Below are positions 18,412 to 28,221 of a DNA stretch of 64,000 bases, piece after piece. Origin of the DNA: a virus; the IMG/VR virus record IMGVR_UViG_3300027747_004417; one strand, given 5' to 3'. Positions within the stretch are counted from its first letter, which is position 1. Each line of letters begins with the position of its first letter. The notes under the pieces were generated by a model. It was not told the origin of the DNA. It searched no databases and saw only the letters and a program-made list of their open reading frames with translations. The position numbers and the translations under genes were made by a program.

Positions 18412-20678
18412 GCTTCTTTCTTAAAGTCTATTGGGCAAGCTCCACCATCACATCTTACATGATCTTGATCAACGTCCTCTTTAAGGGAGGATGTTATTGT
18501 TCTTATGACGTTTTCGTACTCTGCTTTAGTGACAGCCTCTTCAGGTAGATATTCATAACTGCTACGATCTTCTTGAGGCATCACAGAACAGCACTTAATT
18601 CTACTCTGATTTTCTTTAAGAGTTTCTGAAAATTGCTTGAAATCAACCTTGTTTGGGTTATATTTCAATGTATAGCTTATTTGGTTTCCTGTATCTTTTT
18701 CTAGGAGGTTACCTTTTTCATCTACACCTCTTATCCAATACTTTTCCCCTAGCATAAGCCATTTATACTGATCCTCTGGGCTGGCCTCAGAGGCAGTAAC
18801 TAGTCTATCTTCCATTCCAAGCTCTGTTATTACTGGTGTGGTTGGGAACCCAACTATTACCGTGTTCTGGTAGCTAGTTAGCTCTCTTACCGGATAACCA
18901 GATTTTTCGTACTTCTTGACCAAGGGATCAGATTTGCTGAACTGAACCCATCTTAGATACCACCTCATAGAAGGAAGGTGCCAACCCTCAGTCAACCCAA
19001 ACAACTTGCTTGTTGTACCAGCGGGTTTAATAGTTGTATCTGAGTGTGGAACTGTGACGCCTAATTTCTTTGAATAGGCTTTTGCCTCATCTTGGACAGC
19101 TCTTTTGAATCGTGACATTGTCATCCAAAAATCTTTAGACTTTTCTTCGTCTACAAGATCACTAAAACCAAGTTTAAAGAATTTCCATGCAAACTCATGG
19201 ATGCCCGTAATACCAACTCCAATTCTGTTCGTTCTTTTTACTTCCTTTTTATAAACACTATCCATTGTGTTTACTCTAATTAATGCCCTAGTAACAGATC
19301 TGAAGGCTTCCTCTGCTTCGTCTAGAGTCTCTGCGTGATACGGCACAACGTCAGCGATTGTGCAGAACGCTCCCCATACTGCAATTGATATTTCGCCACA
19401 CGGATTAGTTATCATGAAGTTCTGCTTTTTAACAGCCTTCTTTAACAGTCTGTTTATGTACAAATGTGTATCATCATTCAAAGAATACTTTTTGCTACCG
19501 ATGAGACATTCTGTACTGATCAGTTTTTCTGTGCCGGACTTATCTTGATTTAGTTTGTCAACGTTGATAAACCCTGGCTCTCCTGTTCCGTCTCCATACG
19601 AAGCAGAAACAGCTAGCTTATAAACACTTCTTGCGTGTTTTGCGATTTCTGAATTATATTCATCTGAACCTTTTTTGACATTCAAGAGTCGCCAGAACTC
19701 TTGGTCAACAGTGATGCTATTGTTTGATGACCATAAGAAGCCCATGGGGCTCATGTTCTTTCTTATTTCTGTTATTTCTTCTACATTTTTTCCTGTAAAT
19801 TCAATTGGTCTTTTTATTGTTATAAACTCTAGGACGCTTTCATCTTCCCAGGTCTTTGTTGACATTCGAGCTGCTCTTCTTGCTCCTCCAACAAGAACAC
19901 ACTCTGCAAAATAGTGGTCAATATAGATGGTTTGCATCCATCGCGGCAGTCCCGTGTTCTTCATGGTTGCTGCTTTGTTAAACGCGTTCATCAATGGCAC
20001 AGGACCGCTTGCTGGCCTTTTTTGCATACCATTTATCGGGGCACCCTTAGGCCTAATTGCTGAAAAATCTAAGATAAACAGCTTGTCTTTGTGTATCTTT
20101 TCGAAGGCGGCGTTTTCCCATATTTCTAACGCTTTGGCCCATCCTTCTCTTGTGTCGTCTACTAAGTGCCAAAGTACATCCTTCCCACTTCCGTACTTGT
20201 GCTTTGCATCTCTTACTGACTCATGTGCCGAAAAATCAAAGTTGGGATGGTTCTCATCTAACACACAACGTAAAGCTGGTGCATTGTCCCAATCTACAAG
20301 CATCATGTCGTCATCGTAGCTTCTTCCTACGCCTGAGCCATTCATCAATAAATAAAATAGCATGAAGCTAGTGCTTGATGTCGAGCAATTAGTAAAAACC
20401 TCCATGTTCCTCTCAGCCTGTAATTCATCACCATGCTGGAGATGCCTACCGCTCATTAATGTCGTAGCATTTAGTAAATGCCTGTATAGAACCTCGTATT
20501 CTTTTTCTTGTTCTTCTTTGTCTTTGCAAAGCTTTGCATTTCCTAAAGCAACACGATGGGCAACATCATTCCATGTTTCCCACCTTCCATCTTCTTTTTT
20601 TCTTAGTATTGTTCTCTCGGCAACAGCTTGTCCCATACCGGCATGAAAGGTTCTAGTCTTCTTATTCTGCTTTGACAT
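18408..20678 (-). CDS. nrdJ: Class II (adenosylcobalamin-dependent) ribonucleotide reductase
   Basis: FTNCS, TNPCGEI (thiyl Cys), TTIKPAGTTSKL, C-terminal CDGGACP; no intein seen. Confidence 0.9.
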   Translation of the reverse strand: MSKQNKKTRTFHAGMGQAVAERTILRKKEDGRWETWNDVAHRVALGNAKLCKDKEEQEKEYEVLYRHLLNATTLMSGRHLQHGDELQAERNMEVFTNCSTSSTSFMLFYLLMNGSGVGRSYDDDMMLVDWDNAPALRCVLDENHPNFDFSAHESVRDAKHKYGSGKDVLWHLVDDTREGWAKALEIWENAAFEKIHKDKLFILDFSAIRPKGAPINGMQKRPASGPVPLMNAFNKAATMKNTGLPRWMQTIYIDHYFAECVLVGGARRAARMSTKTWEDESVLEFITIKRPIEFTGKNVEEITEIRKNMSPMGFLWSSNNSITVDQEFWRLLNVKKGSDEYNSEIAKHARSVYKLAVSASYGDGTGEPGFINVDKLNQDKSGTEKLISTECLIGSKKYSLNDDTHLYINRLLKKAVKKQNFMITNPCGEISIAVWGAFCTIADVVPYHAETLDEAEEAFRSVTRALIRVNTMDSVYKKEVKRTNRIGVGITGIHEFAWKFFKLGFSDLVDEEKSKDFWMTMSRFKRAVQDEAKAYSKKLGVTVPHSDTTIKPAGTTSKLFGLTEGWHLPSMRWYLRWVQFSKSDPLVKKYEKSGYPVRELTSYQNTVIVGFPTTPVITELGMEDRLVTASEASPEDQYKWLMLGEKYWIRGVDEKGNLLEKDTGNQISYTLKYNPNKVDFKQFSETLKENQSRIKCCSVMPQEDRSSYEYLPEEAVTKAEYENVIRTITSSLKEDVDQDHVRCDGGACPIDFKKEA

Positions 20679-20729
20679 TTTTTCTCCTTGGTTCTTTAGA
20701 TTTTATTTAAGGTTCACGCCGCTTTTTTT

Positions 20730-22763
20730 TCAAAACTTTTTTGTAAATCCATTTTCATGTATTAATCTAAGCTTTGATTCTGTTTCGAGCATCTTGATGA
20801 GGTCCTGGTCGTGTGTGGTTACAAAAACCTGTTTACTCTCAGCCAGTTCTTTTATCATTTTATAAATCCCGATAACTCCGCTTGGGTCCACATTTGTAGT
20901 AACTTCATCGAGGAAGATCAAGCTGGGGACAGAGTCGGAACTTAATTCTGTTATATAAGCAAACGAGTGTCCCACGGCCAGATTTAATCTTCTTCTTTGT
21001 CCAGTACTCATTGCATAATAGATATAAGGATCTCCATCTGGAGGGTTCCTTTCTATTTTTTCTTGCAACTCATTGTCAAAGTTTAAAGTTATAACATTGT
21101 CAATTAAAAACTGCAACCAGTAATTTATTCTCTTGTTTAAATCTGGTATTATTCCCTCTATAATCCATTTTCTAATTCCTTGTTCTCCAAAACCTGATAT
21201 CCAATAGTCGTAGTAGGGAATTTTTTCTTCTAATGACTTTATCTTTTTCTTTTTTTCTTCAACTAGATTTTTAATTTTATCAAGTTCCTGCTTATCGTTC
21301 AGCAGTATTTCCTTAAAAGGCGAGTCTTCTTCCTTTTCATTTTTTTTAATTTGCTCAATGAGCTCTTCTATTTTTTGCTTTATAGCTATTTCGTTCTCGT
21401 TTGCACGGGGTTCCTTAATTTTTCCTAGCTCTAGAAACTCTCTTCTTAGTGTTTCTGATTTAGAGTCTAAAGAAGCTATTTTTTCCTCTACCTGTGCCTT
21501 CATTGTTTTTAGCTTTTCTTGCTTAATTTTTAGCTGTTTTGTTTCTTCCTCCATTCCCTTCAGAGTTGGAATTTCTTCCTTTATAACCCCGTCAATACGT
21601 GATATTTCTTTATCTAGTTCAAGAATATATTCATCAATATTCTTGATGTCCACAGTGCCTTTGCACTTTATGCACTTTTTCCCCGGCTCCTCTTTTTTAA
21701 GGTCGTCTATTTCTTTCTGAACCTTCTTTTTCTCCTCCATTTTATATTTTATTTCTCTTGACAAATCGTTAAACTTTTCTAAGAAGCTCTGGGCATATTC
21801 TCTCTGATCTTTTTCTTTTTGCTCAATTAATGAAATTTTTTCTTGTAATTCTTTTTTCTGCTGACCAATCTTCGGTATTTCTTCGTTTACCTTTTGTATT
21901 TTTTCTTGTGCTTCTTGGTATAAGGTGAGAGCAGCCCCAACATCCGACTTCTTCTTCAGCTCTTCCTTTTTTTCCAGCAGTTTATTTTTTAGATCTTCAA
22001 TTTCTTTTAGCCGTTGCGTGTTCCACTGGTCTTCTTTACTGGTTGTAAGCCGCAACCTCTTCTCAGAATCCTCCTGATTACTTAGAAGCATGGCAAATTC
22101 TTTTGTCTCAGAATCTATCTGCCCTTTAATTTCCTTCTTTGCTTCTTTAGAACTTTCAAACCATTCTCTGTATGAGCCCAGAGATAGGAGGTTTTCAACT
22201 ATTTCTCTTTTTGTGTTCTTATCGCACTCTAAGAAGCACGATCTTTGGTCATCTGTAAAAATACAGATATTTATAAAGCTTTCATATGACAGGCCTACTA
22301 TTTCATCTATTTTTTTCTGCGTGGTAGACATGCTCCCCAGTGTTATTTCTGTGGAGTCGTTCCAAACACCTTCTTCGCTCTCCCACAAACGCAAGCTATT
22401 TTTATTTTTCTTTCCGTTCTCGGCTCGTGTTCTAACCACTCTGTATTTATCAAATTCGACTACGCACTTACAATCTTGACCAACTTTGTTGTGGATTACA
22501 TCATCTATATTAATTTTTTCTGGTCTTTTTATAGTTTTACCATATATTGCATATACGATAATTTCTTGGATGCTGCTCTTCCCTGTGCCGTTGCTGTTAG
22601 ACCTCATGTCCAACTCTGAGTATTGCTCAATAATCTTTGAGTCTTTGTTGATTCCCTCTACAAGAACTATGTTTCCATAGTCTTTAAAGTTGATTTCAAC
22701 ACCATCAGGACCAAACGGCAAGAAGTTCCATGCCGCTGCATACTTGAAACTAAGATTTCTCAT
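20730..22763 (-). CDS. sbcC: SbcC/Rad50/gp46-like recombination ATPase
   Basis: SNGTGKSS, coiled coil with CIKC hook, MSTGQRRR signature, FLDEVT, VTTHD. Confidence 0.93.
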   Translation of the reverse strand: MRNLSFKYAAAWNFLPFGPDGVEINFKDYGNIVLVEGINKDSKIIEQYSELDMRSNSNGTGKSSIQEIIVYAIYGKTIKRPEKINIDDVIHNKVGQDCKCVVEFDKYRVVRTRAENGKKNKNSLRLWESEEGVWNDSTEITLGSMSTTQKKIDEIVGLSYESFINICIFTDDQRSCFLECDKNTKREIVENLLSLGSYREWFESSKEAKKEIKGQIDSETKEFAMLLSNQEDSEKRLRLTTSKEDQWNTQRLKEIEDLKNKLLEKKEELKKKSDVGAALTLYQEAQEKIQKVNEEIPKIGQQKKELQEKISLIEQKEKDQREYAQSFLEKFNDLSREIKYKMEEKKKVQKEIDDLKKEEPGKKCIKCKGTVDIKNIDEYILELDKEISRIDGVIKEEIPTLKGMEEETKQLKIKQEKLKTMKAQVEEKIASLDSKSETLRREFLELGKIKEPRANENEIAIKQKIEELIEQIKKNEKEEDSPFKEILLNDKQELDKIKNLVEEKKKKIKSLEEKIPYYDYWISGFGEQGIRKWIIEGIIPDLNKRINYWLQFLIDNVITLNFDNELQEKIERNPPDGDPYIYYAMSTGQRRRLNLAVGHSFAYITELSSDSVPSLIFLDEVTTNVDPSGVIGIYKMIKELAESKQVFVTTHDQDLIKMLETESKLRLIHENGFTKKF

Positions 22764-22770
22764 GGCACCT

Positions 22771-23478
22771 TCAAACGCTTTTTTTGATTAGTTTTCTCAA
22801 CGTCACAGTTTTGCCATCTATAAACTTAAGATATCCATCGTTTTTTCTGTCATGAAATAAAAACCCCTTACCTTCTAACAGAGGTTTTAGGCTTCCTGTT
22901 GGGTGTATTACCTTAGGCTTCTCTCCCTCTATCTCTAACTTTTTAGATTCTATTTGGGATAGACCTGTAAAATTCCAAGTATTACTGATATGTCTTATAA
23001 ATTTTTCAAAATGATCAATTAAGCATTTAAATACTGCTGGAGAAGTGATGGGTTGCTTTGCGGTCTGCATGAAATTCATTATATCTTCTACAAAGGCCCA
23101 TTGATAGTGGGGTCCGGCTATAAAACCCGGGTTTCCATTCTCGGTCAATAGTATTTTTTCATTTATTTCTTCAAATATTTTGTCTATGTTCTCTTCAAAG
23201 AATACGTCGGCGTCCCAATACACAAATTTGCCTTTGTTCTCTTTTGCGTACTTTGATACTTGTTTTATTGTTTCTATTCTTATGTCGTTAGCCTCTGACC
23301 CCGTTATTATTTTGGCCCCTTTTTCTAAGATTTTCTTCTTAGATAAGCCATGTAATCCACAATCAACTACTATAATTTCTCCTTGGTATTTTGCCACTTC
23401 TCTTAAGGTGTATATCCAAGAAGATCCAAAGTGGTCCCAATATTTTTCGTTGAGTCCAGTGAATACGTGATTACTCAT
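22771..23478 (-). CDS. Putative GT-A fold glycosyltransferase-like protein
   Basis: IIVVDCGL, FVYWDADVFF (DxD), NPGFIAG, WNF, VIHPTG. Confidence 0.55.
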   Translation of the reverse strand: MSNHVFTGLNEKYWDHFGSSWIYTLREVAKYQGEIIVVDCGLHGLSKKKILEKGAKIITGSEANDIRIETIKQVSKYAKENKGKFVYWDADVFFEENIDKIFEEINEKILLTENGNPGFIAGPHYQWAFVEDIMNFMQTAKQPITSPAVFKCLIDHFEKFIRHISNTWNFTGLSQIESKKLEIEGEKPKVIHPTGSLKPLLEGKGFLFHDRKNDGYLKFIDGKTVTLRKLIKKSV

Positions 23479-24530
23479 TTAGTTCCTCTGCATATTTCTT
23501 TGCCTATAGATATAAGAGCCTCTTTATCTAAATTCCCAAATCCTACTTCTTCAACATATTTTTCAAGCATTTCGTCCCCCTTTAATAGGATAGACTTTGC
23601 ATTTTGTATTATATGTTGCTCTATTTCGTGCTTCTTCTGTTTTATTTCTAGGCTGAATGGTTTGCACTCTTGAAGTATTTCCTTCTTCAATGCAAGCAAG
23701 TCAGCAGATCCTGCTTCTTCTACTTTTATTTGTACAAAGTTGTTGTTAAGCTCATAGTTTTTGCATTCTTTTAGGTCCAATATCAAATGCTTTGGAGAAA
23801 AATCATTCTCAATATATTGCAATTCATTTTTATCCCCATCAAATATTATTATGTGTTTTTTTTGAAATGCTTCCCCAAAACTTAGTTCTAATGGAGAGCC
23901 AACATATTCAACTTTTTTATTTACTTTCTGTTCTGCATGATAATGCCCCAGAAACGTACGTTTGTATCCATCGAATATTGATGGACTTATGGTTACCATT
24001 TCTCCATCATGCTCAACACTAACATCGGAGTATTGGTTATTGTGTAGAATTGCCCCGTCTATTGCTAAGTGCCCTAGAGAGTACTCTTCTTCTCCCTCTT
24101 TGCTCTTGAGCTTGTTGATTGATTCTATTGGGTTGTGCGTGAACGGTATAAAGTCCCAATTATGGTCCTCAATCTTTATCCTTTGAGGATCTTTTATCAC
24201 CGTAACGCCCGGAAGAGCAGATAAGGGCAAAACACTGCTAACATCAGTGTTGTCATTGAACCATATGTCATGGTTTCCCAAAAGTAGAAATAGCTCTATT
24301 CCTGATTGGTCTAATTCATCTCTTAATATTTCAAAAGTTTTTTGGTAGGTATATATTTCAATTTTTTGTCTATCATGAAAAAAGTCACCACCAAAAAGTA
24401 TTGTCTTTATCTTTTCTTTTTTTGCTGTTTTAAAAACCCATTGAAGAACTTTTAAACAGTCTTCGAGCCTTTCATTTTTCCTCTTATGGGGGAAAATATG
24501 AATATCTGAAAATATCAGGACTTTTCCCAC
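23475..24530 (-). CDS. sbcD: SbcD/Mre11/gp47-like nuclease
   Basis: FSDIH, GGDFF, GNHD, GHL, GHYH, YVGSP. Confidence 0.93.
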   Translation of the reverse strand: MGKVLIFSDIHIFPHKRKNERLEDCLKVLQWVFKTAKKEKIKTILFGGDFFHDRQKIEIYTYQKTFEILRDELDQSGIELFLLLGNHDIWFNDNTDVSSVLPLSALPGVTVIKDPQRIKIEDHNWDFIPFTHNPIESINKLKSKEGEEEYSLGHLAIDGAILHNNQYSDVSVEHDGEMVTISPSIFDGYKRTFLGHYHAEQKVNKKVEYVGSPLELSFGEAFQKKHIIIFDGDKNELQYIENDFSPKHLILDLKECKNYELNNNFVQIKVEEAGSADLLALKKEILQECKPFSLEIKQKKHEIEQHIIQNAKSILLKGDEMLEKYVEEVGFGNLDKEALISIGKEICRGTK

Positions 24531-24580
24531 TTGATGACTCCGTAAATGGAGCTTATATTATGCACAACTTTTATTTTAAA

Positions 24581-24916
24581 TCAAGTTCCAAGTACTTTTT
24601 CTAATACGTCCCAAACGTTATAGGCTTTAAGTTTCATCGAAGGAGCATTTCCCGATGGGCTTCCTCCGCCTGCTCCGCCCATTGGATCTCCCATAGGGCC
24701 TCCTAAAGATGGTGGTGGACCTCCTCCACCTCCTCCCGGCATAGGTGCAGATATTCCTCCTGGTGGCCCTCCTGGTGCTCCTCCTGGTCCTGGTGGTGGC
24801 CCTCCTGGTGCTCCTCCTGGTCCTGGTGGTGGTCCTCCTGGCGGTCCTCCTGGTGGCGGTGGGGCATCAGCCTCCAGCAAGCTTTTAAATTCGATGTATT
24901 CCATGAAGCTTTTCAT
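24581..24916 (-). CDS. Small Pro/Gly-rich protein
   Basis: MKSFMEYIEFKSLLEA followed by repeated PPGGPP/GPGGAPGGPPP; C-terminal WDVLEKV. Confidence 0.7.
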   Translation of the reverse strand: MKSFMEYIEFKSLLEADAPPPPGGPPGGPPPGPGGAPGGPPPGPGGAPGGPPGGISAPMPGGGGGGPPPSLGGPMGDPMGGAGGGSPSGNAPSMKLKAYNVWDVLEKVLGT

Positions 24917-24978
24917 GATACTATCTAGTATTTTCACCATTATTTATTCTATTTTTGTTCTGAATCCAATAGATACCT

Positions 24979-25128
24979 ATGAAAAGAAAAGAGAGAGAAG
25001 AGACGGACACTCAAAAGAAACTAGCGGTTTTTTTGACGTTAAGGAAGATGTCAAACCAATCCCAAATTGGTAGGTTAAACTGCTTTAGACAGAATAACGA
25101 GAAAAAGGTTGCCAACTGGCTAAACTAA
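24979..25128 (+). CDS. Possible 49-aa basic peptide / leader ORF
   Basis: Hand translation MKRKEREETDTQKKLAVFLTLRKMSNQSQIGRLNCFRQNNEKKVANWLN; coordinates approximate. Confidence 0.35.
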   Translation: MKRKEREETDTQKKLAVFLTLRKMSNQSQIGRLNCFRQNNEKKVANWLN

Positions 25129-25212
25129 ATTTTGGAAATGCCTTTTCTTTAAGCATAGGACTAAAGGTCTATTAATGAAATAGGCTGGTTCCTTAATTCG
25201 AATGTTGAATAG

Positions 25213-25252
25213 ACCTGAGTGGGTAGATAGAATACACCCACTCAGGTTTTTT
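25213..25252 (+). terminator. Terminator hairpin directly upstream of a glycosyltransferase ATG
   Basis: acctgagtgggt (25213-24) / acccactcaggt (25236-47), then a T run and ATG at 25253. Confidence 0.8.
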
Positions 25253-25990
25253 ATGAAGATATCTTTTTGCACAACGTGTAAGGACAGGCTTTATCATCTT
25301 AAACAGACCTTGCCTTTTAATCTCTTAAATACATCTGACCTTGACAGAGAATTTGTTATAATGGACTATAACAGCGAGGATGGGCTTTACGATTGGGCAA
25401 AAGAGCATCTTTCTTGTTGGGAAAAATGGGGAATAGTAAAATACTTAAGAACTCGTCAGCCAAAGTACTTTTCTGCTGCCCACGCAAAAAACATTGCACA
25501 TAAAAACGCCACTGGTGACGTTTTGTGTAACCTAGATTGTGACAATTTTGTTACCCGTGGGTTTTGTGAACTTATTCTGAAAGTGTTCAGCCAAAAGCCA
25601 TCTATTCTTTCTTCTTACAGTCTAGACATTTTCGGAAACCATGGGTGCTGTGGTAAAATTGCTGTTACAAGAGAAATATTCTATAGTGTAAATGGATACG
25701 ATGAGCAAGAATCTGTAAATTTAGGATGGGGTTGGGACGATGTAAGTTTTAGATACAGGGCCGAGATGCATAACAATATTAAGCCTATTTATAGCGATAT
25801 TAGACACAACATGGTCATAGGGCATAATGACTCTGTTAGAACTAAAAACTTCCTAAACAAGGATATAAAAAGATCAGCTAGAATAAGCGAAGAGGGCATT
25901 ATAGGCTTTATTAAAAAGGGCAACTATGTTGCTAATCTCAATAAAGAATGGGGTGTTGCTAAAGATTTAAAAACGGGGTTAAACTCATAA
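25253..25990 (+). CDS. GT2 / galactosyltransferase-like glycosyltransferase
   Basis: ISFCTTCKDR, AHAKN, CNLDCDN, VNGYDE, GWGWDD. Confidence 0.85.
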   Translation: MKISFCTTCKDRLYHLKQTLPFNLLNTSDLDREFVIMDYNSEDGLYDWAKEHLSCWEKWGIVKYLRTRQPKYFSAAHAKNIAHKNATGDVLCNLDCDNFVTRGFCELILKVFSQKPSILSSYSLDIFGNHGCCGKIAVTREIFYSVNGYDEQESVNLGWGWDDVSFRYRAEMHNNIKPIYSDIRHNMVIGHNDSVRTKNFLNKDIKRSARISEEGIIGFIKKGNYVANLNKEWGVAKDLKTGLNS

Positions 25991-25998
25991 ATATTATT

Positions 25999-26385
25999 AT
26001 GAGCTTTAAAGAATGGGCAGAAAATAGGCTGAAGGTGGAATTCCAAGCACCATTGCAACCACTAAAGAAGTGGAGTGCCAGCAAGGAAGATATACTAAAA
26101 ATGTGGAAGAGTTTGAGCCCTTCTTCCCCAATACTAGTTTCTCCTATCGATGTTGAACATAAAGGTTCTACCTATGGTGAAGACGGTATTAGAATAACAG
26201 GTAGCCCACAGTTCATATATTCAGTTCTATCTAAACTGAAGCCATTTTTAGATTACGAAAATCCGCGAACAAAATTAGCCGTTTCTTATAGAGAGACGCA
26301 GTCGCCCAGCCAGTTAGAAAAAGGCAATCTAAAGAAGTCCTATGTCTTTTATGTGCAGGTCAAGCAAAGAGATGGTTCTAAATAA
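25999..26385 (+). CDS. Hypothetical protein with capsid-targeting-like N-terminus
   Basis: MSFKEWAE; CATAAATA just upstream. Confidence 0.75.
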   Translation: MSFKEWAENRLKVEFQAPLQPLKKWSASKEDILKMWKSLSPSSPILVSPIDVEHKGSTYGEDGIRITGSPQFIYSVLSKLKPFLDYENPRTKLAVSYRETQSPSQLEKGNLKKSYVFYVQVKQRDGSK

Positions 26386-26393
26386 GCATAGTA

Positions 26394-27116
26394 CTATTTG
26401 AACTTAATTTTGATAAGTTCTTCTACATTTCTTTCAAATTCTATTTGCTTCCCGATTACTGTTAGCTCTCCTCTCCATAGCACTCCGCTAATTGGGTACC
26501 AAACATAATTGTATAAATATACTTCTGCCTTTGGATGCAATTTCCTAAACCTTTCATCCATAGCGTCTTCTATTTGCAAGCTTGTATTTATATTTAGATC
26601 TTGAGGCTTTGGCGGCATAATAACGCTTTCAAAAATCTCATGCTTCCAGAAACTAGCTTGTTGATTGAATCTCCATTTGCTTTTTTCGGAATATCTTAAT
26701 ATCTTTTTTCCTTCAAATTCAAAGTTTGTATTTTCAAGATCGTAAAAGTGGGGCTGATAGGATGTAATCTTTAACGAATCCCAATTATTCTTTTTGAAGA
26801 TTTCGAACAATCCTAAAAACATTTCTTTTGTCATTGGAGAGGTGGGCCAAAAATCCTCCAGCATGTAAAAAATGTATTTGTAGCTTTTTAAATCTGAGAA
26901 TATTTTTGACATCATTTCCGAATGACTAAGGCGACCAGTTTTAAGCTGCTCGTATTTTTTATTTGGAAGTTCTACTTCTTTTTCTTCATTGCAAAAAAAT
27001 ATTTTCCAAGGTATATCATAGTCCCAATATCTGTTCATGGACCAGAACAGACCAGGCCAGCTTGTGTGGTATTTATCACAGGTTTGTATTACAATACAGC
27101 CTTCTTCTGCTTCCAC
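26394..27116 (-). CDS. Putative glycosyltransferase-like protein
   Basis: IQTCDKY..SW..LF..M.RYW, YIFYMLEDFW; AAGGAG SD before GTG at 27116. Confidence 0.55.
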   Translation of the reverse strand: MEAEEGCIVIQTCDKYHTSWPGLFWSMNRYWDYDIPWKIFFCNEEKEVELPNKKYEQLKTGRLSHSEMMSKIFSDLKSYKYIFYMLEDFWPTSPMTKEMFLGLFEIFKKNNWDSLKITSYQPHFYDLENTNFEFEGKKILRYSEKSKWRFNQQASFWKHEIFESVIMPPKPQDLNINTSLQIEDAMDERFRKLHPKAEVYLYNYVWYPISGVLWRGELTVIGKQIEFERNVEELIKIKFK

Positions 27117-27135
27117 TGGAGTTCTCCTTGTTTCT

Positions 27136-28221
27136 ATGTCTTCTTTAACCCAAGAACAAAAAGACGTTATCAAAGGAATTGTCAATAATATTGATGATAG
27201 GCCTTTTGTGACTCTAGGTGGCTACGCTGGAACCGGCAAGTCTACAATAATTAGAGTTATATCTGAAGTTTTTTCCAAAAAAGGCCTGTTCTTTCTTCCT
27301 TGTGCGTATACAGGTAAAGCAGCAAACGTTTTAAGAAAAAAAGGAATTAATGCTTCAACCATCCATAGTTGTATTTACAAGGCCTATAAAGATGAGTCTG
27401 GAGAAACTTTTTGGAGCTTAATAGACAAAAAAGATCTTTCTGGCGTGGATGGTTTTATCGTTGATGAATCTTCCATGGTTAGCAAAGAAATTCATTCTGA
27501 TCTTTGTTCTTTTGGTTTGCCAGTAATTTATGTTGGAGACCACGGACAGCTAGAGCCGATAGGCACAGACTTTAACCTGATGAAGAATCCTGACTATTGT
27601 TTGGAAACCGTTCATAGAAACGCTGGTGAGATAGCTCACTTTGCCGAGCATCTTCGCAAAGGGATGAACCCTCTCCTGTTCGATTCAAAAGAGAAGGTAC
27701 AAATAGTACAATCCGCAGCTGTTGAGGACAAGCACTTGAATATGGTAGATCAAGTCATATGTGCCTACAACAAAACAAGAGTAGAATTAAACAGCAGGGC
27801 AAGATTAGATAAAAAGATAGAGTACAGCTACATTTCCGTTGGAGAGAAGATTATCTGTCTTAGGAACAATAAGAGCCAAGGTTTGTTTAATGGTATGCAA
27901 GGTATAGTTTCTAAGGTGAAGAAGAACTGTAGGATAGACTTTATATCGGATAATACTTATTTTGAAAATATATTATACAACCCAGATCAATTCGGACAGG
28001 AAACAAATTGCTTTGATTTCAACGATCCTGTTAACCCATTTGATTATGCCTATTGTATAACATGTCACAAAGCACAAGGAGATCAGTTTAATAATCTAAT
28101 TGTTTTTGAGCAAAAATGTAACAAGTGGAGTCATTCTAGATGGGCATACACCGCAGCATCTAGAGCCGTTAAAAGCTTAATATGGGTTGCCGCTGATTCC
28201 TTCTTGCCCAATTACGTTTAA
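27136..28221 (+). CDS. SF1B helicase, Dda/RecD-like
   Basis: LTQEQ, GGYAGTGKST, DESSMV, VGDHGQLEPI, TCHKAQG, YTAASRA. Confidence 0.9.
   Translation: MSSLTQEQKDVIKGIVNNIDDRPFVTLGGYAGTGKSTIIRVISEVFSKKGLFFLPCAYTGKAANVLRKKGINASTIHSCIYKAYKDESGETFWSLIDKKDLSGVDGFIVDESSMVSKEIHSDLCSFGLPVIYVGDHGQLEPIGTDFNLMKNPDYCLETVHRNAGEIAHFAEHLRKGMNPLLFDSKEKVQIVQSAAVEDKHLNMVDQVICAYNKTRVELNSRARLDKKIEYSYISVGEKIICLRNNKSQGLFNGMQGIVSKVKKNCRIDFISDNTYFENILYNPDQFGQETNCFDFNDPVNPFDYAYCITCHKAQGDQFNNLIVFEQKCNKWSHSRWAYTAASRAVKSLIWVAADSFLPNYV

Noticed and set aside
25030-25200. Known riboswitch aptamer (e.g. c-di-GMP-I) in the GT leader
   Set aside because: The required consensus elements could not be matched; only the terminator/antiterminator logic is reported.
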